A stretch of 44,022 bases of DNA from Patescibacteria group bacterium (GTDB taxonomy: Bacteria; Patescibacteriota; Patescibacteriia; Patescibacteriales; UBA12465). The translations under genes were made by a program, and so were the position numbers. Location of the stretch: assembly GCA_021734135.1 (NCBI GenBank), contig JAIPJO010000002.1, forward strand, positions 1-44,022, read 5' to 3'. Below the pieces are notes generated by a model that ran no database searches, was not told the DNA's origin, and was given only the letters and a program-made list of their open reading frames with translations. Shown in pieces: positions 27,774 through 36,592 of this stretch (the first letter of the stretch is position 1; each line of letters starts with the position of its first letter).

Positions 27774-28352
27774 ATGAAAACAGAAGCTATGAATGTAAGT
27801 AAATTTTTTCAAGAGTTTAAAATGTTAAAAGAAGATATTGTTACTTGGTTTAAAGATCTTAGTTTATTGCATGGTAGTATAGTAAATAAAGCAAGATCTG
27901 ATTTACCCAGTGAAGCAATTGAAGTTAATTTTGTTGTTGACTATTCACTTAGTCTGCAGGAAATGATTGAAGCTTGTGATTTTGATTGGTATGACAAAGA
28001 TATCAATGAAAAAAACTTTCCTATTCCAATAGAGTTAAAAGGAAAAAGAATCTACAGAAAAGCTAAAATAATACATTTTCATGATTATTTTAGTAGCCAA
28101 GAAGCTGTATTTGAGGCAAAAAAATATTGGCCTCAATATCGTCAAGCAACATTAGCTGAGCAATTAGCTTTTGCTGAGACTTATCCGGATTTGAAAAAAT
28201 ATTTAGCTATTACCATTTTTGGTTCTATTTGGTCTTTCATTTTTTCTCGTGTACCCGTTCTTGATTTTAGTGATAATAAGCGCCGACTTATATTAGGCTG
28301 GTATAACAGAATTTGGTTAAGTAGTAATTATATCCTTATTGTCTCTAAATAG
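27774..28352 (+). CDS. Hypothetical 192-aa protein (orphan, monocistronic)
   Basis: GGAGG at 27763-27767, 6 nt before the ATG, with its own promoter-like element and terminator. No catalytic motif recognised. Confidence 0.6.
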   Translation: MKTEAMNVSKFFQEFKMLKEDIVTWFKDLSLLHGSIVNKARSDLPSEAIEVNFVVDYSLSLQEMIEACDFDWYDKDINEKNFPIPIELKGKRIYRKAKIIHFHDYFSSQEAVFEAKKYWPQYRQATLAEQLAFAETYPDLKKYLAITIFGSIWSFIFSRVPVLDFSDNKRRLILGWYNRIWLSSNYILIVSK

Positions 28353-28377
28353 CATTGCTATTTTTTTTAAAAATAAT

Positions 28378-28409
28378 AAATCTCGTTTTAAACTTAAGCG
28401 AGATTTTTT
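28378..28409 (+). terminator. Rho-independent terminator after ORF 27774
   Basis: aaatctcgttt / aagcgagattt, an 11-bp stem (one G-U pair) with a 7-nt loop and a T-run. Confidence 0.65.
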
Positions 28410-28478
28410 ATTTAAATTGTAAATATTTGAAATATCTAAAATTAACAGGTATAATAAAAATAGAAAAAATAAATAAAT

Positions 28479-30257
28479 ATGGCTACATTATCTAGAAAAT
28501 ATAGACCTAAGACTTTTAAACAAGTTATAGGTCAAAATCACATTAAAACCAGCCTGGAAAGCGAAATCATTAATAATGATTTAGCACAGGCTTATCTTTT
28601 TTGTGGGCCCAGAGCTGTTGGTAAAACAACCTTAGCTAGAATTTTAGCTAAAAGTCTAAATTGTTTAAATCGTAAAGAAGGGGAATCTGAACCTTGTAAT
28701 GAATGTAGTTCTTGTTTAAATATTAATAAAAATAAAAGTATTGAGGTAATTGAAATAGATGCTGCTAGTCATACTGGTGTAGATAACGTTAGAGAAAATA
28801 TTATTAACTCAGCTAGAGTTGCCCCTACAAATTTAAAATATAAAGTTTTTATTGTTGATGAGGTGCACATGTTATCTATTTCTGCTTTTAATGCTTTACT
28901 TAAAGTTATAGAAGAGCCACCACAACACGTTGTATTTATACTTTGCACTACTGAAGTTCACAAAATTCCTGCAACTGTTATTTCTAGGTGTGAAAGGATG
29001 GATTTTAAACGTTTAAATATAAGTGATACGGTACAAAAATTACAATCTATTGTTGATTTAGAAGAGATCAGCGTTGATAAAGGGGTATTAGAAACTATTG
29101 CTAGACATTCAGGAGGATATTTAAGAGATGCTGAAAGTCTTTTAGGGCAAGTTATATCTCTTAGTTCTGAGAAAAAAATTAGTACTGAGCAAGCTAATTT
29201 AATATTACCGCAAAGTGATATTTTACAAGCTGTTAAATATCTTAATCATATTGCTAGCTCAGAAACAGCTAAAGCAATTAGGCTCGTTAATAATTTGATT
29301 GACTCAGGTATTGATTTAAATAGTTTTTTAGCTGATATTTTACAAATACTTAGAAAATTAATTGTAGAGAAAGTAAACGCTGGTTTATCTCAAAGTTTAG
29401 GTTTAGATTTTGGTGAAAGTATAGAAAAAGAAATATTAAGCTTAAGTACAAAATTGGATATTGAAAAAATTGCTTGGTATATTGATAATTATATTAAAAC
29501 TAATGAAAGTTTAAAAAATGCACAAATAAAGCAGTTACCACTTGAACTTGTATCAGTTAAGTTGGCGGAGAATAGAAAAACATATAGTTCTGATAATTAT
29601 AAAAATAATGAAAGTGGTGGTAATAATTTTAAACAAAAAAATGAAGATTCAACTAACAGTCTTAAAAAAGATAATATAAATAATAATCAAGTAAATAATT
29701 ATAACTTTACAGAAAATAATATAAATAAAGAAAAAAAAGAAGAAGAAAAAATCAATAAAGATAAAGAAGTAGAGATAGAAAAAGAAGAAGAAAAAGAGCT
29801 AAATATTAAAGAAGATGATTTAGCTGAAAAGATAGATATAAATATTGATGATATTCAGGCTAAATGGAGAGAGTTTATTTTAAAAATAAAAAGTGAAAAT
29901 CACTCTTTAACTTTTATTTTGCAAAATTGTTGGCCAAGTGAAGTTAAAGATGGAATTATTAATTTAAAATGTAAATATAAATTTCATCAAGATAGATTAA
30001 AAGATGCTAATATTCAAGATGTAATAAATAAAAATTTATATAATATCTTTAAATTACATTTAAAGTATATAACTAATATTGATAGTAATTTAGAGGTGCC
30101 AAGATCGAGAAGTAAAAAAGAAGATAAAAGTGAAGAAAAAAATATAGATGACTCTAAAAATGAGAAAATAAAAAAAGAAAAAGCTCAAGTTGATGATGAG
30201 CAAAAAGGTGCAATTAATAATATACTTAATGCCTTTGGTGGCGAAGTTATAAGCTAA
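28479..30257 (+). CDS. dnaX: DNA polymerase III subunit tau/gamma
   Basis: GPRAVGKTT Walker A, a zinc module CxxCxxC, DEVHMLS and SRC. An Asn/Lys/Glu-rich linker separates domains I-III from the C-terminal domain. Confidence 0.93.
   Translation: MATLSRKYRPKTFKQVIGQNHIKTSLESEIINNDLAQAYLFCGPRAVGKTTLARILAKSLNCLNRKEGESEPCNECSSCLNINKNKSIEVIEIDAASHTGVDNVRENIINSARVAPTNLKYKVFIVDEVHMLSISAFNALLKVIEEPPQHVVFILCTTEVHKIPATVISRCERMDFKRLNISDTVQKLQSIVDLEEISVDKGVLETIARHSGGYLRDAESLLGQVISLSSEKKISTEQANLILPQSDILQAVKYLNHIASSETAKAIRLVNNLIDSGIDLNSFLADILQILRKLIVEKVNAGLSQSLGLDFGESIEKEILSLSTKLDIEKIAWYIDNYIKTNESLKNAQIKQLPLELVSVKLAENRKTYSSDNYKNNESGGNNFKQKNEDSTNSLKKDNINNNQVNNYNFTENNINKEKKEEEKINKDKEVEIEKEEEKELNIKEDDLAEKIDINIDDIQAKWREFILKIKSENHSLTFILQNCWPSEVKDGIINLKCKYKFHQDRLKDANIQDVINKNLYNIFKLHLKYITNIDSNLEVPRSRSKKEDKSEEKNIDDSKNEKIKKEKAQVDDEQKGAINNILNAFGGEVIS
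29732..29738 (+). other. A_AAA_AAA heptamer in the dnaX linker (candidate -1 frameshift or slippage site)
   Basis: The zero-frame codons are GAA AAA AAA GAA. The -1 frame reads AGA AGA AGA AAA AAT CAA TAA, with the stop at 29756-29758. Confidence 0.25.
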
Positions 30258-30261
30258 ATAT

Positions 30262-31512
30262 ATGTTAGATATTAAAAGAATAATAAATAATAAAAAAGAG
30301 GTGGAGGAAGCTCTTTTAAAGAGAATACCTAAAGATAATTTTGATTTAGATTATATTATTTCTTTGGAAGAAAAAAGAAAAAATATAACTACTGAACTTG
30401 AAAAACTACAAGCACAAAAAAATGAGTTTTCTAAAACTAAACCTGATAGTGAAACTATAGAAAAAATTAAAGATTTATCTAAAAATATAAAAGATAAAGA
30501 AGATGATTTAAAAGAAATTAAATTAGAAATAAAAGAAAAATTATCATCTTTGCCTAATACAGTTAGTGCTGATGTCAAAGCTGGAGATAAAGAGAATAAT
30601 GAAGTAATATATACTTATTCAGATAAGCCTAAATTTGATTTTAAAGTTCTTGATCATGTTAGTTTGGCAGAGAATTTAGAGGTAATTGATTATAAAAGAG
30701 CGAGTAAGATGTCAGGTAATGGTTTTTGGATATATAAAGATAAGGGTGCTTGGTTGGAATGGGCCTTATATAACTATTTTCTAGAATATCATAGAGAGAA
30801 TGGTTATGAGTTTTTTATAATGCCTGAACTTTTAAATAGAGATTCTGCTTATGCTTCTGGTCATTTACCTAAATTTGAAGAAGATCTTTTTTGGACTGAG
30901 GATTCAAAACTTTGCCTTAATGCTACTGCAGAAATGATGTTAACAAACTATCATAGAGAGGAAATTTTAGATGATAGTGAATTACCTAAAAGGTATTTTT
31001 CTTTAGCTACTTCTTTTAGAAGAGAGGCTGGAAGTTACAGAAAAGATGAAAGAGGTATGATTAGAGGACATCAGTTTAATAAAGTAGAAATGTTTCATTT
31101 TACTAAACCTGAAAATTCTTGGCAGGCATTTGAAAAAATAAATCAAGAAGTTATTGATTTAATGAAAGGGTTTGATTTGCATTTTCAAGTTAGTAAATTA
31201 GCTGCTAAAGATTGTTCAGCAGCTATGGCTAAAACTGTAGATGTAGAGGTTTGGATACCTAGTATGAATATATATAAAGAGGTAAGCAGTATTTCTAATG
31301 CCACTGATTATCAAGCTAGAAGGGCTAATATAAGATATAAGGATCAGGAAACAAAAAAGAATGTTTTTGTTCATACCTTAAATGCTTCAGGTTTAGCTAC
31401 TAGTAGAATTATACCAGCTATTTTAGAACAAAATCAGAATGCAGACGGGAGTGTTAATGTGCCTAAAATACTACATAAGTATTTACCTGAAAAATATCAT
31501 ATCTTAAAGTAA
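30262..31512 (+). CDS. serS: Seryl-tRNA synthetase
   Basis: N-terminal coiled-coil arm; class II motifs FRREAGS, RGHQFNKVEMF and LNASGLATSR. Confidence 0.93.
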   Translation: MLDIKRIINNKKEVEEALLKRIPKDNFDLDYIISLEEKRKNITTELEKLQAQKNEFSKTKPDSETIEKIKDLSKNIKDKEDDLKEIKLEIKEKLSSLPNTVSADVKAGDKENNEVIYTYSDKPKFDFKVLDHVSLAENLEVIDYKRASKMSGNGFWIYKDKGAWLEWALYNYFLEYHRENGYEFFIMPELLNRDSAYASGHLPKFEEDLFWTEDSKLCLNATAEMMLTNYHREEILDDSELPKRYFSLATSFRREAGSYRKDERGMIRGHQFNKVEMFHFTKPENSWQAFEKINQEVIDLMKGFDLHFQVSKLAAKDCSAAMAKTVDVEVWIPSMNIYKEVSSISNATDYQARRANIRYKDQETKKNVFVHTLNASGLATSRIIPAILEQNQNADGSVNVPKILHKYLPEKYHILK

Positions 31513-31522
31513 TTATATAACC

Positions 31523-33562
31523 ATGAAGACAAGCTTTATACAATTATGCTTAATATTTGTTCTAGGCTTGTCTTTTTTGTTGTCTATAAATCAGAGTTCA
31601 GAAGTAATTGCACAAACAGATTATCCTCGTTTAGTGAATTATTATTTAGAGTGGTCTATTAGTGATAGTGAAGCTGTAGATTTAGCTAAATGGGATATGT
31701 TAATTTTAGATATGGAAGTACAAGAAAACAGTCCAGAGGCAATAAGAAAAATTAGAAACTATAATCCTGATATTAAAATATTAGCCTATATTACTTCACA
31801 GGAAATTATTGATTATAGTCAACAGTCGTTTCAGACAAATGCTAGCTTAAGAGCTAAATTATATAATCAAATTCATGACTCTTGGTGGCTAAAAGATTAT
31901 CAGGGTAATAAGATTAGTTTTTGGCAGGGAACTAAGATGTTAAATATGAGTTCTGGTTCTGGTATTTCTAGCAATAATGAAAAATGGAATGAATTTTTAC
32001 CAAGATTTGTTGATAAAGAAATACTTAGTACAGGACTTTGGGATGGAGTTTTCTATGACAATATTTGGGGTGATATTTCCTGGCTTAATTCTGCAAATAT
32101 TGATATTGATAACAATAAACAAAGAACCAGTAATAAGTATATGGATAGTGCTTGGAATAAAGGAACAGAGAAAATGTTACGTATTAGTAGAGATTTAAAC
32201 CCTGAAGCTATTATAATGGGAAATGGTAGAGTGTTTTTTGAATATCAAAATTATTTAAATGGTATGATGTTAGAAGATTTTCCTTCAAGTTGGGAAAATG
32301 GTGGAAATTGGTCAGGTTCTATGAAAACTTATATGAATTTAAAAAAATATAATACTAACCCACAGACATCGGTCATACTTGCTTTTAAAGATCAAAATAA
32401 ACCTTATCAAAAAATGCGCTATAGCTTAACATCAACCTTAATGGAAAATGGTTATTTTGGTTATAATCAGAGCGTCTATAAACAAGGAGAGCTTTGGTTC
32501 TATGACGAATATAAGTTTTCCCTTGGTCAAGCGCAAAGTCAAGCTAATAATTTATTATCTTCAAGTTCACAGATGCAATCAGGATTATGGCGCAGGAATT
32601 TTGAAAAAGGGATAGCAGTGTTAAATTCTAGTTCAGAAAAAAAATCATATTTTTTTGATAAAGAAGAGTTTGAAAAATTAAAAGGGGAGCAAGCTCCAGA
32701 TATTAATAATGGTACTATTGTTAATTATGTTAATTTAGAGCCTAAAGACGGAGTAATTTTAAAGAAAAGACAAACAGAAATAAAAAATGCAGTTTTTGAT
32801 AATGGTGCTTATGTTAGAGTTTTCAATAAAGATGGCAAACAAGTCAGTAATGGTTTTTTTGCCTATAAGGATGCTTATCCTGGAAAAAGTCAGATAATAG
32901 TTAGTGATATTGATAATGATAGTATAAATGAAACTCTTGTTAATTATGATGGTGTTATTAATATATATAAGAATGGAAGAGTGTATAAAGAATTTGAACC
33001 TTATGATAACAAATTTCAAGGTGAAATATCAGTAGCTATAGCTGATCTTGATGGTGATGGTACTAAGGAAATAATTACAGGTGCTGGTCCAGGCGGTGGT
33101 CCGCATGTTAGAGTTTTTTCAAAAGATGGAGTACCTCTAATTGGTGGTTTCTTTGCCTACGAAACTAATTTTAGAGGAGGTGTAAATGTAGCTGTACTTG
33201 ATTTAAACAGTGATGGTACTAAGGAAATAATTACAGGTGCTGGTCCAGGCGGTGGTCCGCATGTTAGAGTTTTTTCAAAAGATGGAGTACCTCTAATTGG
33301 TGGTTTTTTTGCTTTTGATCGTGAGTTTAAAGGTGGTATTAGTCTTAGCGTTGGTGATGTTAATGGTGATGGAAAAGGTGAAATAATAAGTACTGCTGGA
33401 CTTGGAGGAAGCCCACGTGTTAAGATATTCAATAGAGATGGTAAACTTCTTGATAGTTTTTTAGCTTATGAGGCTAGTTATAATGAGGGTATAAAAGTTA
33501 TCACTTTAGATATAAATGGTGATGGGATTAAAGAAATTCTCACACAAACATTTAATTTTTAA
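31523..33562 (+). CDS. Secreted protein: putative glycoside-hydrolase-like TIM-barrel N-domain plus FG-GAP/VCBS-type repeats
   Basis: Signal peptide. The N-domain (YPRLVNYYLEW...WDMLILDME...ILAYITSQEI) resembles hypothetical GH-like families, from memory and unverified. The C-terminus has four or more DxDGDGxxEIITGAGPGGGPHVRVF repeats. Confidence 0.6.
   Translation: MKTSFIQLCLIFVLGLSFLLSINQSSEVIAQTDYPRLVNYYLEWSISDSEAVDLAKWDMLILDMEVQENSPEAIRKIRNYNPDIKILAYITSQEIIDYSQQSFQTNASLRAKLYNQIHDSWWLKDYQGNKISFWQGTKMLNMSSGSGISSNNEKWNEFLPRFVDKEILSTGLWDGVFYDNIWGDISWLNSANIDIDNNKQRTSNKYMDSAWNKGTEKMLRISRDLNPEAIIMGNGRVFFEYQNYLNGMMLEDFPSSWENGGNWSGSMKTYMNLKKYNTNPQTSVILAFKDQNKPYQKMRYSLTSTLMENGYFGYNQSVYKQGELWFYDEYKFSLGQAQSQANNLLSSSSQMQSGLWRRNFEKGIAVLNSSSEKKSYFFDKEEFEKLKGEQAPDINNGTIVNYVNLEPKDGVILKKRQTEIKNAVFDNGAYVRVFNKDGKQVSNGFFAYKDAYPGKSQIIVSDIDNDSINETLVNYDGVINIYKNGRVYKEFEPYDNKFQGEISVAIADLDGDGTKEIITGAGPGGGPHVRVFSKDGVPLIGGFFAYETNFRGGVNVAVLDLNSDGTKEIITGAGPGGGPHVRVFSKDGVPLIGGFFAFDREFKGGISLSVGDVNGDGKGEIISTAGLGGSPRVKIFNRDGKLLDSFLAYEASYNEGIKVITLDINGDGIKEILTQTFNF
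33054..33306 (+). repeat. 97-bp perfect direct repeat (33054-33150 = 33210-33306), period 156 bp, inside the FG-GAP repeat region
   Basis: Base-by-base comparison of the two segments shows identity over 97 nt, while the neighbouring repeat units are diverged. Confidence 0.9.
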
Positions 33563-33563
33563 T

Positions 33564-35432
33564 ATGACTAAAAAAAAGAAAACAAATAAAGAGGTATATA
33601 GTCGTGAAGATGGCAATCTTTCTGTTTTAGATAATAAGAATAAACAAACAAATCTTGAAACTCAATCTGATAATAAAAATGCTACACAAAGAAATGGTTT
33701 AAGTTTAACCAAAGATGGCTTAAATATGGGTTATGGCTCTAACTTACTTATTGGTAATTTAAGTATTAATTCAAATTTTAAAAAAAGACACGAAAAACAT
33801 TATAAAAATAGCAAATTTCATCTTTGGGCTGATTTAATCATGGCAGGAATCATTATTGTTTTATTAATCATCATTTTATGGCTTAGTTTTTGGCAACCGC
33901 ATGCACAAATAAGCTTAGAAGCTGGTTCTAATCATGAAATAATAAAAAGCGCTGATTTACAAACATTTAATTTAAAATATAAAATTAATACATCTAGTAG
34001 AGATAATACCATTGCAGTTAATTTACCAGATAATTTTGAATTTGTTAGTGCTGTGCCTAGTGATAAATATAAGCAAGATAAAAATACTTTTGAATTAGGT
34101 AAAATGAGTTCAGGGTCTAATGGTGAAGTAAAAATTGCTGGTTATGTTTATGGAAATATTGGTAAGCAACAAGCTATATCTTTTAATTATAATTGTAGCA
34201 ACTGTGGTAAAAGTGGTGTTTTAAGTTCTTATCTTTTTAATATCGAAGACTCCTCTTTAGATGTTGAAGTTTTAGCACCTGATAAAATATATAAAGATAT
34301 TGAAAATAAATTTAATATTAATATTGTAAATACAAGTCCAAAAGATATAAAAAATATATATTTAAAAGTTTCTGATATTTGGCTTTTAAGTTCTAATGAT
34401 AATATAGAAAATAATAGAATAATAATTGATAAAATTAATTCTGGTGAAGAAAAAAATATAGAATTTAAATTAATTAGCCCTAGTAATATTAAAAATGACA
34501 CTATAAAGATAGAAACATATTTAATTAAAGAAGGGAAAGATCTCTTACAAAATACTTGGCAAAAACAAATAAAAATTCTTGACCCAGAATTAAAAGCAGA
34601 GCTTACTTACTTAAATAATATTGATAATACTATTAGCTTTAATTTAGATTTTAAAAATAACTCAGATAATGTTTTATCTGATATTAGTTTTAGAATAGAT
34701 GCAGATGATAATATTGTTTTAGATAATCTAAGTTTAAATCAGTTAATTAATAATGTGGAAATAATAGATAATATTTTTAGATTTAATAAAAATCTTAAGT
34801 CTCAAGAATCTGTTCATCTTAGTTTAAAAATAGATGCTAAACAAATTAAAGATCAAATTAATCCTGAATTTGAGCTAAATATTAACCCTTCTTATTTATC
34901 CAATCAAAAGCGTTTTATTTATCAAGTTAGTTCAAAACCTATTAAACTCTTAAGTAATCTTAAAGCTGAAGTTAAGGCCTATTATTATAGTCCACAAGGA
35001 GATCAGTTGGGTATAGGGCCTCTACCACCTGTAGAAGGATTACCAACTACATATTGGATATTTTTTGATGCTAGTAATTTTGGTAATGCTTTAAGTGATT
35101 TTAGTTTAAGCGGAAAACTTGCAAAAAATGTTAGATGGGTAAATAAAAAAAGTGTTATAAATGGTAGTATTTATCAAGCCCCAGGTTCAAATAAAGTAAC
35201 CTGGCAAATAAGAAATATTAATAATAAATCTCTTGATAATAAGGCTCGTTTTGCTTTAACTTTAACACCAGATATAAGTCAGGTTAATACTATTCCTACT
35301 TTATTTTATGATATCACAGTAAATGCAGTAGATAATTTTACACAAAAAAATATTAATTTTAAACTTCAAGATATTAATGCAGAATTAACTCATGACCCCT
35401 TAGCTTCAGGTCAGGGAAAAGTTGAAAATTAA
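33564..35432 (+). CDS. Hypothetical membrane-anchored protein with a large extracytoplasmic beta-rich region
   Basis: ATG 33564 lies 1 nt after the upstream stop (the 33516 start would overlap it). One TM helix (LWADLIMAGIIIVLLIIILWLSFW), then repeated Asn/Ile/Lys-rich beta-sandwich-like segments. Confidence 0.6.
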   Translation: MTKKKKTNKEVYSREDGNLSVLDNKNKQTNLETQSDNKNATQRNGLSLTKDGLNMGYGSNLLIGNLSINSNFKKRHEKHYKNSKFHLWADLIMAGIIIVLLIIILWLSFWQPHAQISLEAGSNHEIIKSADLQTFNLKYKINTSSRDNTIAVNLPDNFEFVSAVPSDKYKQDKNTFELGKMSSGSNGEVKIAGYVYGNIGKQQAISFNYNCSNCGKSGVLSSYLFNIEDSSLDVEVLAPDKIYKDIENKFNINIVNTSPKDIKNIYLKVSDIWLLSSNDNIENNRIIIDKINSGEEKNIEFKLISPSNIKNDTIKIETYLIKEGKDLLQNTWQKQIKILDPELKAELTYLNNIDNTISFNLDFKNNSDNVLSDISFRIDADDNIVLDNLSLNQLINNVEIIDNIFRFNKNLKSQESVHLSLKIDAKQIKDQINPEFELNINPSYLSNQKRFIYQVSSKPIKLLSNLKAEVKAYYYSPQGDQLGIGPLPPVEGLPTTYWIFFDASNFGNALSDFSLSGKLAKNVRWVNKKSVINGSIYQAPGSNKVTWQIRNINNKSLDNKARFALTLTPDISQVNTIPTLFYDITVNAVDNFTQKNINFKLQDINAELTHDPLASGQGKVEN

Positions 35433-35446
35433 TAAATATATATACT

Positions 35447-36592
35447 ATGATAATAGATAGCCTAAAAGCATATAGAAAACCAAAATATGATACTTTAAAT
35501 ATTATTAAAATACAGAAAAATAATCTTTTACATAATCTTAAAGTACTACAAGAGGAAAGACCTCAATCTCAAATTATTCCAGTTTTAAAAGCTAACGCTT
35601 ATGGTCATGGATTAAAAGAAATTTGTCAGATATTAAAAGGTAAAGTTAAAATGGTGGCAGTAGATTCTTTTCCAGAGGCGCAGGTTGCTTATAAATATTT
35701 TAAGGGAGATGTTTTAATAATTGGTGAGATGCCGCTTAAAGCATATGCTTATACTAAATTATCTAAAACTGAATTTTGTATATATAATTACAAAACACTG
35801 CGACATATAGCTACTAAATTTGGGAAAAAAGCTAAAATTCATTTGTTCGTTAATACAGGCATGAATAGAGAAGGTATTAAAGATTTAACTAAATTTATTA
35901 AAGATAATTCTTTTTATTTAAATAAAGTGCAAGTTACTGGTTTAGCCTCTCATTTAGCTTCAGCAGAAACACTATCTAATTTTAATGATACTCAAGAAGA
36001 TAACTTTGCTAAGGCACTAGAGATCATGCAAAAAAATGGCTATAAAGACCTTAAAACGCATTTAGGCAATAGTGCGGGTGTTTTTACTTTAAAAGGTGAA
36101 TATAGCGCCTATAGAGCTGGTATAGGCTTTTATGGCTATAATAATATTGACTTAGATCACGAAAAATATAAGATTGCAAAAAAATTAAAACCTGCTTTAA
36201 GAGTGTATTCACAAATTGTTTCTTTGCAAAAAATTAAAGCTCAAGAAATAGTTTCCTATAATGAAAATTTTAGTGCACAAAAAGATACTACCATTGCCAC
36301 TGTTCCTTTTGGATATAGTGAAGGACTCCCTAGGCATTTATCTAATCAAGGTAAAATAAAAGTAATAACTAAAGATAAAACTTTTTTTACTCAAATTAGT
36401 GGTAATGTTTGTATGAATTTAACTTGTCTTGATTTAGATACCAATAATGCACAAATAGGTGATAAGGTGCAAATTGTTTCTTCACTAAATTCTGATGATA
36501 ATTCTTTTGTAAATATAAGTAAGTTAGCTGATACTATTATTTATGAGCCACTCATTAGATTAGCAGCTAATATAAGAAGAGAAATTATATGA
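35447..36592 (+). CDS. alr: Alanine racemase
   Basis: VLKANAYGHG PLP-lysine motif and the C-terminal beta domain. The stop overlaps the ddl start (ATGA). Confidence 0.9.
   Translation: MIIDSLKAYRKPKYDTLNIIKIQKNNLLHNLKVLQEERPQSQIIPVLKANAYGHGLKEICQILKGKVKMVAVDSFPEAQVAYKYFKGDVLIIGEMPLKAYAYTKLSKTEFCIYNYKTLRHIATKFGKKAKIHLFVNTGMNREGIKDLTKFIKDNSFYLNKVQVTGLASHLASAETLSNFNDTQEDNFAKALEIMQKNGYKDLKTHLGNSAGVFTLKGEYSAYRAGIGFYGYNNIDLDHEKYKIAKKLKPALRVYSQIVSLQKIKAQEIVSYNENFSAQKDTTIATVPFGYSEGLPRHLSNQGKIKVITKDKTFFTQISGNVCMNLTCLDLDTNNAQIGDKVQIVSSLNSDDNSFVNISKLADTIIYEPLIRLAANIRREII

Noticed and set aside
823-33563. Longer 5' extensions offered by the ORF track: rpsB at 823, cca at 7155, rplK at 12337, pyrG at 20005, ORF 24661 and ORF 33516.
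   Set aside because: The extensions overlap the upstream gene or add residues absent from the family's conserved N-terminus. An in-frame ATG at the expected position exists in each case.
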